A DNA stretch of 43,951 nucleotides. Source: a virus. Below, in pieces: positions 28,588 through 38,417 of the stretch; positions within the stretch are counted from its first letter, which is position 1; each line of letters opens with the position of its first letter. A model generated the notes under the pieces. The model was given only the letters and a program-made list of their open reading frames with translations, did not search any database and had not been told where the DNA came from. The stretch is taken from positions 1 through 43,951 of IMG/VR virus record IMGVR_UViG_2799112916_000001. One strand, 5' to 3'. A program made the translations under genes and the position numbers.

Positions 28588-28612
28588 GCAAAATCTAGGA
28601 GTTAGATTTTGC
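28588..28612 (-). terminator. Hairpin spanning the MCP stop codon, followed by a T-tract
   Basis: GCAAAATCTA-ACTCC-TAGATTTTGC (10-bp perfect stem), then CCATAT and T10 on the minus strand. Confidence 0.6.
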
Positions 28613-29677
28613 ATTTTTAGTGTAAGGTACAACAAGAGTGTCTTGGTCGTAATGGATTTTAGCGTCAGCTTTAGCAAGACCAACTACTTTGTAACCAATT
28701 TCATCAATATCAAATTGGTTTAAAACATCCATATCACGCATCATACCAAATACGATGTTGGAAGGTTCACCAATGAAAGCGTACCTTAATTTATCAATGT
28801 TGGAACCATTACCAGCCATTTTACCGGTGGTTGTGTTGAATTTTTGATTGTCCCAACCATGTCTGGTGCTTCTGAGAATGTTGTCTTGTTTAACTTCCAT
28901 TCCCATAACCATTGGGATTTTACCATCCTTAAGGACTGCTTCTCCAAGGTTGTCTTCACGAGCTGCAATGTCCCTTACAAGTTTAGTGTACATGGAAGGT
29001 GGGACAACAATGTTAGCGTTTTTCATGTTACCGTCTTGTTCAACGTAGATTTCTGCTGCATCAAGTAAACCATCCAATGCAGTATTACTGTATACTAATG
29101 GTGCGAAACCTTCAGCATCAGTAGTAGCATCTGCTTGAATAGCTTTTGCTTGAGCAAGTAAACCATTGGTTGCAGTGAAACCAGTTCTTTCACCAGTTTG
29201 AGTGGCAACACTAGTGTCAGCGTAGATACCGTATCTTTCCATAGCAGGACCCATTTCAGTACCTAATAAACCTAACCATTTAGCAAGGAAGTCTTCGCCT
29301 TCAATGTTTTCATCGATGAAGTTTAAAGGAATAATGGTTTTAGCTTGTAAAGGTTGAGCTAATAATTGTTTCCTTTTTAATACTGGTGCGGTTTCGTTAC
29401 TGGTTAAACCAGTAGAAGCACCGGTGGATGCATTTCTTTGAATGTCGAAATCTAATTCAATACCGAGGTCATCAATATCATGTTGTAATGATCTCATTTT
29501 AATTACTCTGGATTGTTCGAGTAATACAGGTTCATCAGTTACTCTGGTGAAAAAGTCATCAAAGGTAGGTTCAGCCCAACCAGGGTTGAGGTCACCAGAA
29601 GCATTGAAAGCTGCGTCTGCAAATTTCATGTTAAAATTTTCTTGACTTAAAATTTTTTCTTCAATTGTAGTTGACAT
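28595..29677 (-). CDS. Major capsid protein (HK97 fold)
   Basis: Follows the protease. Start MSTTIEEK at 29677 with GGAGG RBS. Typical size and sequence pattern. Confidence 0.85.
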   Translation of the reverse strand: MSTTIEEKILSQENFNMKFADAAFNASGDLNPGWAEPTFDDFFTRVTDEPVLLEQSRVIKMRSLQHDIDDLGIELDFDIQRNASTGASTGLTSNETAPVLKRKQLLAQPLQAKTIIPLNFIDENIEGEDFLAKWLGLLGTEMGPAMERYGIYADTSVATQTGERTGFTATNGLLAQAKAIQADATTDAEGFAPLVYSNTALDGLLDAAEIYVEQDGNMKNANIVVPPSMYTKLVRDIAAREDNLGEAVLKDGKIPMVMGMEVKQDNILRSTRHGWDNQKFNTTTGKMAGNGSNIDKLRYAFIGEPSNIVFGMMRDMDVLNQFDIDEIGYKVVGLAKADAKIHYDQDTLVVPYTKNAKSNS

Positions 29678-29862
29678 AAAAAATATCCTCCATAATAGGT
29701 GTTTTTTAAAATGGTCTTCCTTTTTAGCAAAAGAATATTTTTTAAAAGGTAATCCTAGCATTAGCTAACTGGGATTTAGTTTTTTGCTAAAAAGAGTAAG
29801 TATCAAATAGTTTTTTGTTTAAAAAATAAAAATACAAACAATTAAAACATTAAATTAAATTT

Positions 29863-31050
29863 TTAGATGTAATTGAGGTTTCTGCCGTAAGCATCACGCT
29901 TAGGTTTAGTTTCAGAATCAGTTTTTGTTTTAGATTCTTTTTTGAACCTGTTAAATTTGGAAGAAATAGATTTTTCACTAAATTTCTCATTGAATTGTTT
30001 AACAATCTCATTATGGACTATTTCATCCAATGATTTTTCTTCAATTTCCTCTTCTTCTGGTTCGGATTCTTCAACTTCTTCTGAATCAACTTTATCTTCT
30101 TCTTCAAGGTCACCGGTTGTAGGTTCACTTGCACCTGCTTCAGATTTATCTTCCTCTTCAATAGGTGTTTCAACTGGTTCAGAAACTTCTTCAATTTCCT
30201 CTTCTTCTGTTGGCAATTCTTTTTCTTCAACAGTATCTTCTTCCTGAACAGTAGTAGTAGCTTTTAATTCTGCAACAATCTTATTAGCCACTTCTTCAGC
30301 AGCTTTATTGGCAGCAGAATCTGCCATGCTTTCAAGTTCAGGTTTAAGATTTTCAATAATACGAGGTTCTAATTCAGCTATAACCTCATTCATTATATCT
30401 TTCACTTCATTTTTTTGAGCATCAGATAAACCAGCATCGTTATTCATATCTTTTTCATCAATTACTGGTTCTTCTTGAATAGGCTCAGTTTTGGTTTCTT
30501 CTTCACTCATAATTTCACCATCATTTAACGCATGATAACATGCACCAGTCAAACAATTGCTGGCTATCAAATTCTGAGATTTATACTCAACAGTACCGTA
30601 GGTATCCCAGTTCATTGGGATGTAAGTTAAGGTAATGTCTTTCAAGTCATAATCAACAATCAGTAGGCCTTCTGGAGTTCTTTGTTTCTTAGGGAATCCG
30701 GATATACTGAAACCAAAGTTCATACCTATGTCAAGGCGCTCTTTAATTCCAGGTGCATATTCTGATAGGATTTTTCCTTCGATCCAAAGTTGATTGTCAG
30801 TTACCCATGCTCGGGTAACTGCTCCTATTCCACCATCGTAATGCCGGTTGTGGTCTCGATATATGTTGATTCCAACGGCTTGCTGTGCTAATGATTCTAA
30901 AACTTCTGGTGATACTATTTCATTAGCATAGTCTTTGTTGGTGGTTGATGCAACACCTACAATTGTTAATGTTCCATCGTCGTTCATGTCATAGGATTTT
31001 GCCTCGATGGGTAATCCGTAGACACGATACTCTAAAGCTTCGGTTGTCAT
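29863..31050 (-). CDS. Prohead maturation protease with acidic scaffolding C-terminus
   Basis: RDHN (His), GFSISG (Ser), LKDITL; Glu-rich C-terminal half. Confidence 0.85.
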   Translation of the reverse strand: MTTEALEYRVYGLPIEAKSYDMNDDGTLTIVGVASTTNKDYANEIVSPEVLESLAQQAVGINIYRDHNRHYDGGIGAVTRAWVTDNQLWIEGKILSEYAPGIKERLDIGMNFGFSISGFPKKQRTPEGLLIVDYDLKDITLTYIPMNWDTYGTVEYKSQNLIASNCLTGACYHALNDGEIMSEEETKTEPIQEEPVIDEKDMNNDAGLSDAQKNEVKDIMNEVIAELEPRIIENLKPELESMADSAANKAAEEVANKIVAELKATTTVQEEDTVEEKELPTEEEEIEEVSEPVETPIEEEDKSEAGASEPTTGDLEEEDKVDSEEVEESEPEEEEIEEKSLDEIVHNEIVKQFNEKFSEKSISSKFNRFKKESKTKTDSETKPKRDAYGRNLNYI

Positions 31051-31584
31051 TTTGTATCACAAAAAATGTTTAATTTAAAAGGGGTGTTCTTTTCACTAGC
31101 TTAAAAGTTAAAAAAGAACATGTTTGACTAATTTTTGAAAAGGTTTGAAAAATGAAAAAAACCCCAAAAACGATGAGGAACAATTTTGGGGAAAAACATT
31201 TTTCAAAAAAAAAAACTTGGAATATTTTTTTTTGGTTTTCCCTTAATATTACGCAGATGTAAAAGAGGAGGGCGTTTTGTAGATTACGTGTTTTTAAAGC
31301 ACATATAGAGCTACATTTTATTGTTGCGGAAAATGCACAAAAAATAGGCAGTTATGTTTGGAGGATAAAATAGGACAGTTTATTGACTTAACTTTTTAAT
31401 CCTCTGTAATGTTGGTCATAGCGGTGATTAATGCATTTTTGTGTTCGAATTTAGAAAACGATTTTTTTTCTCCAGTTTTTTTTGGAGGTTTACCGGACGA
31501 ATCTATTATGTGTGGAATAGTTTAGCCACTTGTTCCAGGTGGAGTCACAAAAGGTAGCGAAATGACCATGATAGATATTGGAGG

Positions 31585-31613
31585 AAAAAAAAGGAGGAGA
31601 TTAATCCTCCTTT
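31585..31613 (-). terminator. Stem-loop plus T-tract in the long intergenic region
   Basis: AAAGGAGGA-TTAATC-TCCTCCTTT (9-bp stem), followed by more Ts on the minus strand. Confidence 0.55.
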
Positions 31614-31924
31614 ATTCTCATAGAAACTATTTTGATGTAAAAACGATGAAAATAAAATAAATATATTTTATAGGAGGAGGTGGTTTTTTGATAATGGAGA
31701 AACCACCACAAAAATGGTCTATAAGAAAACTCCAAATTCGTACTTTTATATCCTTAAAATTTCGGAGATTAAAATATGGTCTTATATTTTTGAAAATATA
31801 TTAGATTTTTTTGACAGAAGAAAATATATTTTATAAAAAAACACACACCATTTTTTTTGTGGATGAAAAGTAAGTTCATCACCATGATATAGTTATATGA
31901 TAACATTGACTTTTTTGTAACACT

Positions 31925-32800
31925 CTAGGCAGTAGCATTAGGCAATGTCATTCTTTGAGTTAAGTCAATGATAACGGGATTGTCTTCAGGGAAATACAAT
32001 GGGGTTTCCACTACTGGTCCATAGCTGCATCTGCAATTTGGATGAGCGGGCAACAATAACATTGCTTCCTGTAGAGTATAAGGATTATTATCTGCTAAAT
32101 CAAGACAAATATCACAAACATGACTATCTCCAACAGTAATTATCTCAACATGCTCCACACCATAATTAGCATAAGCCTGTAAAGTACCTGTATTAACTGC
32201 TCTTGCATGTTCAGTACGGGCAATCATCCTTGCTCTTGCACGAGGAGAAATCAACCGGACAACTTCACCTTTTTTATTTCGTATTGGTAGAGGTTTGATT
32301 CCAAGGTTTAATATTTCACGTGTGGTTACATCGGCACCATGACCTGCTGCAACAGTATTAAATATTGTCTCTTGAATACCCTCAAACAATTGATTATTCA
32401 AATCTCTTATCAAATCAAAATTATACTGAGTCACATGAAACAATGCTTTTTTATCTGCAGGAGTATACAGTAACTTTTTATGAATGTCTCTGTAACCCAA
32501 CTGTGAACCAACCTTGTAAAATTTTTCAATCAGATCATCACTATCACTTGCATTATAATCAATAATGTCACGAAGTTGTTGTCTGATTCCGGACTCCTGG
32601 AAGAATTCCCTTATCTCACTTTGTTGAGTATTGAAAAATTTCTTAGCTTCATCTGTACCTAACCATTCAGCAGCAGTTAGCATTTGATTATCCAAACCAG
32701 ATAATAATCTGCGAAGATATTCTTGCTCTCCACGACTTAACTTTTTATCATTTGGAATATGTAAGTCTGTAATGTTAGGTATCATTTTTAAAACATCCAA
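31925..32800 (-). CDS. Head morphogenesis protein (SPP1 gp7/Mu gpF family)
   Basis: RARMIARTE...HPNCRC motifs. Confidence 0.9.
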   Translation of the reverse strand: MDVLKMIPNITDLHIPNDKKLSRGEQEYLRRLLSGLDNQMLTAAEWLGTDEAKKFFNTQQSEIREFFQESGIRQQLRDIIDYNASDSDDLIEKFYKVGSQLGYRDIHKKLLYTPADKKALFHVTQYNFDLIRDLNNQLFEGIQETIFNTVAAGHGADVTTREILNLGIKPLPIRNKKGEVVRLISPRARARMIARTEHARAVNTGTLQAYANYGVEHVEIITVGDSHVCDICLDLADNNPYTLQEAMLLLPAHPNCRCSYGPVVETPLYFPEDNPVIIDLTQRMTLPNATA

Positions 32801-34122
32801 TTTTCAAGTAATCCGGATTTGTATAAGTTGTTTTTGTATCTTTGAGTATTTTCTAAGCTTTTCATATTAAACTCATCAACATTGGAACTGGTATTGTTGA
32901 GTGGGTAATCCCCCCAGTCAACTGGTTCCCATCCATAATCTTTACGAACTTCATTAACAGTACGCACACCATCCCTTACCTGTATAGATTCAATGTTAGC
33001 ACGTTTCAATTCATCTTCAATATCAATCTCATTAAACTGGAAAACCTCATTAAACCCATTACGGCCCAATGCTTTGTTGAATCCAGCTTCATAAAATTTG
33101 GCCTTTGCATTCATCACATTTTTGAACTGTTCCTTTTGAGCTTCACCATTACCACTTCCAAGGTTAGCAGTTTCAATGATTCCCACAATAGCCGGAGGAA
33201 CACGGAATAAACTGATTATCATGTCTCTGCACATGTTCATCATATTAACATAATCCATATCCTTGTTATTCATATTCGCAGACTGATAACTGGCTCCTTT
33301 AACAGCCAACATTCCACCACGTTTACGAACTTCAGATTGGATCATAGCTTGTAATCTTAAAAGTTCAGTATTGAACTCATCATTATCCATATCCTTATCA
33401 AAAGCCAATATCGCTGTAGGGTCAATACCCTCATTCTCCATGAGTTTCTGATTGTAATCCATTCCCAGAAACATCATCAACAATGGCTTTTGAATTGTCT
33501 CTAATTTGGACACTCCAAACTTACTGTCATGAAATTCCGTTGAAGGTTCATAGATATGAATCAACTCATCCGGCTCATAACGGATATGAGGCTTGTTACG
33601 AAAACCGTACTGATCTGTATCATCAAAGTATCTGATGAGACTTGCAGGAATATACTGCAAACCATTAATGATATGATAATTGTTATGGTCAAAATCAAAT
33701 TCTTCATAGTTGACTTCAATAAAAGTATCACCAACGAGTTCTTGACTGTTTACGATTTGTTTGATGAATACAGGGAAAGTGATACTGGATTCATTAGATA
33801 CCGGATGATTAAACAAGTTAGTTAAATATCTTCTATTATTGATGTTCACTTTGAAATCATCAGGATTATTAATTTTAAATCCATTAATCAGGAAAGTATC
33901 ACTGATTGCGTTTACACAACTGTAGACATATGGATTATTTTTAGCTTGTTTGAAGAAACCATAATGTCCAGCTGTTTTATTTACTGTATTGAATATAAAA
34001 TGATAATCACGAATATATTGTTGGAATAAGCTATCCTCATATGGTTTTCGGAGTACTGGCATTACAGCATTCCAGAATTTGGATTTCATATTCATACGGA
34101 AATTATCTAACATAATAAACAT
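32788..34122 (-). CDS. Portal protein (HK97-like)
   Basis: YVYSCVNAIS, GDTFIEV, DELIHI, FGVSKL, FRVPPAIVG. Confidence 0.9.
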   Translation of the reverse strand: MFIMLDNFRMNMKSKFWNAVMPVLRKPYEDSLFQQYIRDYHFIFNTVNKTAGHYGFFKQAKNNPYVYSCVNAISDTFLINGFKINNPDDFKVNINNRRYLTNLFNHPVSNESSITFPVFIKQIVNSQELVGDTFIEVNYEEFDFDHNNYHIINGLQYIPASLIRYFDDTDQYGFRNKPHIRYEPDELIHIYEPSTEFHDSKFGVSKLETIQKPLLMMFLGMDYNQKLMENEGIDPTAILAFDKDMDNDEFNTELLRLQAMIQSEVRKRGGMLAVKGASYQSANMNNKDMDYVNMMNMCRDMIISLFRVPPAIVGIIETANLGSGNGEAQKEQFKNVMNAKAKFYEAGFNKALGRNGFNEVFQFNEIDIEDELKRANIESIQVRDGVRTVNEVRKDYGWEPVDWGDYPLNNTSSNVDEFNMKSLENTQRYKNNLYKSGLLENWMF

Positions 34123-34145
34123 GTCTCCTATTCATTAATTTTTTT

Positions 34146-35459
34146 TTAGAAGTAGATTACACCTAATGGTGTTGCATTATTTGTAGTATTAGCTGGACCA
34201 TATAATCCGCCACGCCACATGTCTGGGCAATGGTCGTTTAGTTTCAATGGTCTATCTTCACCACGTTGTTGGGCTTTTTTATCCCAACTGTAAGTTTGAG
34301 CTTGACTGATACTGTTAGTACAGTCTTGATGTATTAGGAATTTGTTATTATTGAATAAATCTTGAGTTTTCTTGATGTCTTCATATGTATCTGGTGCATA
34401 GGTTTTGATTTTGAGTTTAACACGACTGTCTTTTTGACAAGCAGTCTTCAGACTTGCTGCATCGTGAGGTAAAAATATTGTACTGTTGCTGTCCAAGTGA
34501 TATTTGTCTTGCAACATTACAATGTCATCAACTCTTTCGGAATCTGATTGCGCTACACCGATGTCTTCTTTGTCATAATAAGTTTCCTCTAACAGGTAGT
34601 AGGTGTTACCATGTGCCATGTCACGATGTATTCCCATCACTCCAAAAGTTGTAACGGTACTAACACCATAGTCGCAGCATAAATTGATTTCATGAATACG
34701 TTGATTATCTGGGAATTCATCTTTCAGGTAATTCCATGTGAAGACATTCTGTTTTGTGTCGAACATGTCATAGATTGCTCCTTCGGCAATAACCCATTCA
34801 CCCAATATATTTCTTTTGTAGAAGACTTCACTTTTCTGATTAACACGTTTCAATTCTTCTACATATTCCGGTGGTAAATTAGGATTATCATCCAAGAGGA
34901 ACTTCCATGTCTTGACAGTTCCGGCTTCCAATAATTCCTTGTCATTAATGTAATTAGTGAAAATGTAATGGTAAGGACTATCTGGGTTGGTGTTCCAGAA
35001 CATTTTAGCTCCAATGTCAGAACATCGACTGATTGCCATTTCAACTGCAGATTGCGGACATCTTGCTATCTCATCAGCATACCACCCACCAACACTCATA
35101 CCTGCAATAACATCAACAGCTTTCTCATCATTGAAACCCATACAATAGCATACTTTATCTTCAATATACAATTCACCATCATGAGCTCGGAATTCATGAG
35201 GAATATCCTCAGTATTCATCATAGCTATTAATGGATTAATCACATTTCTTTTCAAAGATGATGATGTCTTACCAGATATCAAGAATTCATCAGAATCAGA
35301 TTCAGCAAGAAATGTTAACCATCTGGCATTACATGTAATAGTCTTACCAGACCTGACTGATCCATGGGCAATGTTAATCCAAGCATTACTATTTTCAAGA
35401 AAATTAATGGCAGTTCTTCCAAACTCACCATATTCAAAATAATTCTTACTCGGCCTCAT
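34146..35459 (-). CDS. terL: Terminase large subunit
   Basis: Walker A GSVRSGKT, Walker B WYADE, TNP coupling motif, nuclease DYG...DHCPD. Confidence 0.95.
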   Translation of the reverse strand: MRPSKNYFEYGEFGRTAINFLENSNAWINIAHGSVRSGKTITCNARWLTFLAESDSDEFLISGKTSSSLKRNVINPLIAMMNTEDIPHEFRAHDGELYIEDKVCYCMGFNDEKAVDVIAGMSVGGWYADEIARCPQSAVEMAISRCSDIGAKMFWNTNPDSPYHYIFTNYINDKELLEAGTVKTWKFLLDDNPNLPPEYVEELKRVNQKSEVFYKRNILGEWVIAEGAIYDMFDTKQNVFTWNYLKDEFPDNQRIHEINLCCDYGVSTVTTFGVMGIHRDMAHGNTYYLLEETYYDKEDIGVAQSDSERVDDIVMLQDKYHLDSNSTIFLPHDAASLKTACQKDSRVKLKIKTYAPDTYEDIKKTQDLFNNNKFLIHQDCTNSISQAQTYSWDKKAQQRGEDRPLKLNDHCPDMWRGGLYGPANTTNNATPLGVIYF

Positions 35460-35853
35460 CTTCTCGCCTATGCTTCTCTTTACTTGCAGATATAGCATCA
35501 GCTAGACCAGATAAACCTTTATGTGTAACATCAGCTTCGATTTTATCTCGTTTACCATACATGTTAGGATGCCTACGCTCTAACATCCATGCTGCAGCTT
35601 GCCAATGTTCCGTACTTGCCCTTGTAATCACTTGTTCAAAATTATGCAATGCTTTTGCTTTCGCTTTATCAACACATTCTTTGAACTTAACAAATTTACT
35701 TCTGCCTTTAGCTTCCTCTGCTTTTTTCATCCACTTATAATAAGTGGACTCATCTATTCCCACATATCCACATGCACCAAGAATACTATCCCCATTCTCA
35801 ATAGCGTCACAAAACTTCTTCTGCAACTCTGGAGTTAATTTAGACTTAGCCAT
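35446..35853 (-). CDS. terS: Terminase small subunit
   Basis: N-terminal HTH (GIDESTYYKWM), WQAAAWMLERR motif, adjacent to TerL. Confidence 0.8.
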   Translation of the reverse strand: MAKSKLTPELQKKFCDAIENGDSILGACGYVGIDESTYYKWMKKAEEAKGRSKFVKFKECVDKAKAKALHNFEQVITRASTEHWQAAAWMLERRHPNMYGKRDKIEADVTHKGLSGLADAISASKEKHRREDEAE

Positions 35854-35915
35854 ATAGTATTCCTCCCTCTCTTTTTTTTTAATACTTGAAAAACTTGATA
35901 CAATAAAAAAAAAAT

Positions 35916-36896
35916 TTATGAAATTTTTTCCAAGACATTCACTCGGATATGCTCTGCAATGGCCCTCATCAAGTTAGGTGGTACACTATTACCAATCCTT
36001 TCTTTGACTTGATTATCCGAACCAATCCAATTGAATTCATTATCCTCATATGTGAAACTTTGAAGTATGCTTAATTCTTTCACATCTAATTCACGATTTT
36101 CTTTATAGTGAACTAATTGAGGTTTTCTGGTTATGGTTGGGCATGGCCTATTTGGCAGTAAACGATATATGTCTCTGGTCTTTGTTGGGAAGTTTGGAAC
36201 ATCACCACTTTTCTGACCAGGTTTAAGATATTTTGCATATCTTGTGATGCTTGAATTGTTAGGTTTAATCTTACCCTCCAAATGTCCAATACTCTGTTTG
36301 CAGGTTATTGGTTTATTTTGAGGTTTTGGATGTGACGCTGGTATACCAAGGTCTTTACGGACTCCTATGAATATCATTCTTTGCCGACTTGTTGGACAAT
36401 TGTAGTATTGTGCATTCATCAGTTTGGCTTTGACATCATAACCTGAGTTTTTCAATTCGTGTAGGATGTCTTTGAAGATGATCTTCATATTGCCTTTAAC
36501 CATACCAGATACATTTTCCATTACGAATGTTTTTGGATATAATCCTCTTAGTAGTCGGACGTATTCATGGTATAGTTGGTTTTTGGTATCGCAGAAGTCA
36601 CGGGCTCCAGCAGTACTGAATCCTTGACATGGTGGTGACCCATCGAAGAGGTCTAGTTCTCCTGGTATTAATCCGGTTATGTCAAGGACTTTTTCAACAC
36701 TTAGTTTGTGGATGTCACCATAGTAGATTGGTGTATTGGGGAAGTTTCTTTGGTATGTTGCTACGGCATGTGTGTCCATTTCAACTGCTAGCAGGACTTT
36801 GTATCCTGCTAACTTATATCCATAACTGGAACCTCCGCATCCGCTGAATGTTGATATAACCTTAGGTTTCTGAGTAGTCTTGTTTTGGGATTTCAT
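35916..36896 (-). CDS. DNA cytosine-C5 methyltransferase
   Basis: Motifs FSGCGG (I), GSPPCQGFS (IV), ENV (VI), RQR (VIII), IGNSVPP (X). Probable start MKSQN at 36896. Confidence 0.95.
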   Translation of the reverse strand: MKSQNKTTQKPKVISTFSGCGGSSYGYKLAGYKVLLAVEMDTHAVATYQRNFPNTPIYYGDIHKLSVEKVLDITGLIPGELDLFDGSPPCQGFSTAGARDFCDTKNQLYHEYVRLLRGLYPKTFVMENVSGMVKGNMKIIFKDILHELKNSGYDVKAKLMNAQYYNCPTSRQRMIFIGVRKDLGIPASHPKPQNKPITCKQSIGHLEGKIKPNNSSITRYAKYLKPGQKSGDVPNFPTKTRDIYRLLPNRPCPTITRKPQLVHYKENRELDVKELSILQSFTYEDNEFNWIGSDNQVKERIGNSVPPNLMRAIAEHIRVNVLEKIS

Positions 36897-37503
36897 ACCC
36901 ACACCTTGGACAAGTGACTGTTTCAATACCGTCAGCTATGGATTCATCGTATTCTGGTTCGTCTTCAGGGATTATCATATTAGTGTCTAGGTTGATGTCC
37001 TCTTCTTTTACTGTTGAGGTTTCTTCAACTGTAGTAGTTTCTGTTAATCCTTGGAATCCGAGAATATCTTCATTGTTGAATCCTGTTAAACTTGTGTTGA
37101 AGCCGGATTCAGTTAAATCAGTGAAGACTTGAACGAGTTTGTCTTCATCGAAACTACCCATGACCTTGGTATTGTTTAATACTAGGTTGAGGGCTTTTTC
37201 CATGTCCTCGGAGTCTAGTGTGATGTCATTGTCTGGGAATACCCATCCGTATGAATCATTTAACTTCAATAAGTTTAGTTCTGCATATAAGTCATTGTCG
37301 AGGAGGTATTGTTCCCATAATATTTGGAATCTTTGATGTCCTCCGATGATCTGATTATTATTTTGCAGGGCTATTAGTATTGGTTCGACTATTCCAAAGT
37401 GGTCAATACTATTTTTGAGTCTTGTTTTTTCATCAGCTGTGATTGTTCTAGGGTTGTATCCTGCTGGGGATATATCAATGATTTTTATTTTTTCTATTTG
37501 CAT
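36862..37503 (-). CDS. ParB/Srx-like N-terminal domain protein with C-terminal Zn ribbon
   Basis: YNPR...SIDHFGIVEPI...IIGGHQR; CPRCG at the C-terminus. Confidence 0.85.
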   Translation of the reverse strand: MQIEKIKIIDISPAGYNPRTITADEKTRLKNSIDHFGIVEPILIALQNNNQIIGGHQRFQILWEQYLLDNDLYAELNLLKLNDSYGWVFPDNDITLDSEDMEKALNLVLNNTKVMGSFDEDKLVQVFTDLTESGFNTSLTGFNNEDILGFQGLTETTTVEETSTVKEEDINLDTNMIIPEDEPEYDESIADGIETVTCPRCGYEIPKQDYSET

Positions 37504-37605
37504 TTTAGTTGTCCTCCGATTAAAATATCGATATATACCAAACCCTTATATTCATTAAATCATGATTTAATGAGCATTAAAAAAATAATAATAAATAAAT
37601 AAAAT

Positions 37606-38025
37606 TTATATAAATTTGAATAACACACCAACAACAATACTAATAATGATTGGCGCACCAATAGCAACCGTATTACGGAAACTTCTCTGTGATGCTGTGA
37701 AATCAGTTAACTCTTGTTTGGTTTCAGCTAATTCATCTGATACCTTGTCGAATTTTTCTTCAAGGTCTTTGAATTTCTTTTCAATATCTTTGTTGTTTTC
37801 ATCTCTTGATTTTTGACTTGCTTTCAATAGAACTGTCACTTCAGTAACCTTCTCAATGAGTTCAATCTGTTGTTGTCTGTCTGTAGTAAGTTCTTTGTTG
37901 ATGTTATGAATGTCTTCTTTTTTATTATCCATTCGTGCTTTTAGTTCCGCATTTTCTTTTTCGAGGTTTGCGAATCTTTCTTCGTATAAGCATCCTGGAT
38001 GGTCTTGACTAACTGGTGGTGTCAT
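37606..38025 (-). CDS. Coiled-coil protein with C-terminal membrane anchor (XhlA-like, putative lysis)
   Basis: Long heptad region, then TVAIGAPIIISIVVGVLFKFI. Confidence 0.5.
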   Translation of the reverse strand: MTPPVSQDHPGCLYEERFANLEKENAELKARMDNKKEDIHNINKELTTDRQQQIELIEKVTEVTVLLKASQKSRDENNKDIEKKFKDLEEKFDKVSDELAETKQELTDFTASQRSFRNTVAIGAPIIISIVVGVLFKFI

Positions 38026-38107
38026 TGTTATCACCTGTTAGTTCTTCGTATTCTCCGGCTGGGTCAATGTCTTCAATGATGTTTTCATCAGGTTTAGCAG
38101 CCTTCAT
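38009..38107 (-). CDS. Possible 32-aa acidic microprotein (MKAAKPDENIIEDIDPAGEYEELTGDNNDTTS)
   Basis: ATG preceded by GGTGAT RBS. Fills the gap between, and overlaps, both flanking genes. Confidence 0.35.
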   Translation of the reverse strand: MKAAKPDENIIEDIDPAGEYEELTGDNNDTTS

Positions 38108-38417
38108 TTTCATCACCAACTACCATATCAGCATCATCATAGGTTAATATTTCATCTTCATTGATAGTTGGATCAACATCATTTTCGAATTCATTTTTAT
38201 AATCTTCGATTGCTTTTTGTTCTGCTACAACGACTCTGTGGTCTTCTGTTTTTTGCGCTAGAATCCATGATGCCACGCCTGTTAATATAGGTATTATCCA
38301 GATATATTCTTCTGGTATGATTTGTGTCAATCCATCTTTTCCGAGACTTACTATTATCATAGCTATGAATGCTATTGCTGTTGCTATTTTACTTTTATAT
38401 TTGAAAGATTCAACCAT
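38094..38417 (-). CDS. Holin-like protein (2 TM helices, acidic tail)
   Basis: Two hydrophobic segments and a charged C-terminus; 107 aa. Confidence 0.55.
   Translation of the reverse strand: MVESFKYKSKIATAIAFIAMIIVSLGKDGLTQIIPEEYIWIIPILTGVASWILAQKTEDHRVVVAEQKAIEDYKNEFENDVDPTINEDEILTYDDADMVVGDENEGC

Noticed and set aside
28276-28683. MCP C-terminal extension by +1 frameshift into the downstream ORF
   Set aside because: The overlapping frame runs through a terminator-like hairpin and T-tract, and the downstream gene has its own ATG and RBS; no clear slippery signal.
31259-31266. Extra GTAAAAGA copy in the long intergenic region
   Set aside because: Followed by GGAG rather than the TAA arm and no cassette ORF; an AT-rich 8-mer is expected a few times by chance in 44 kb.
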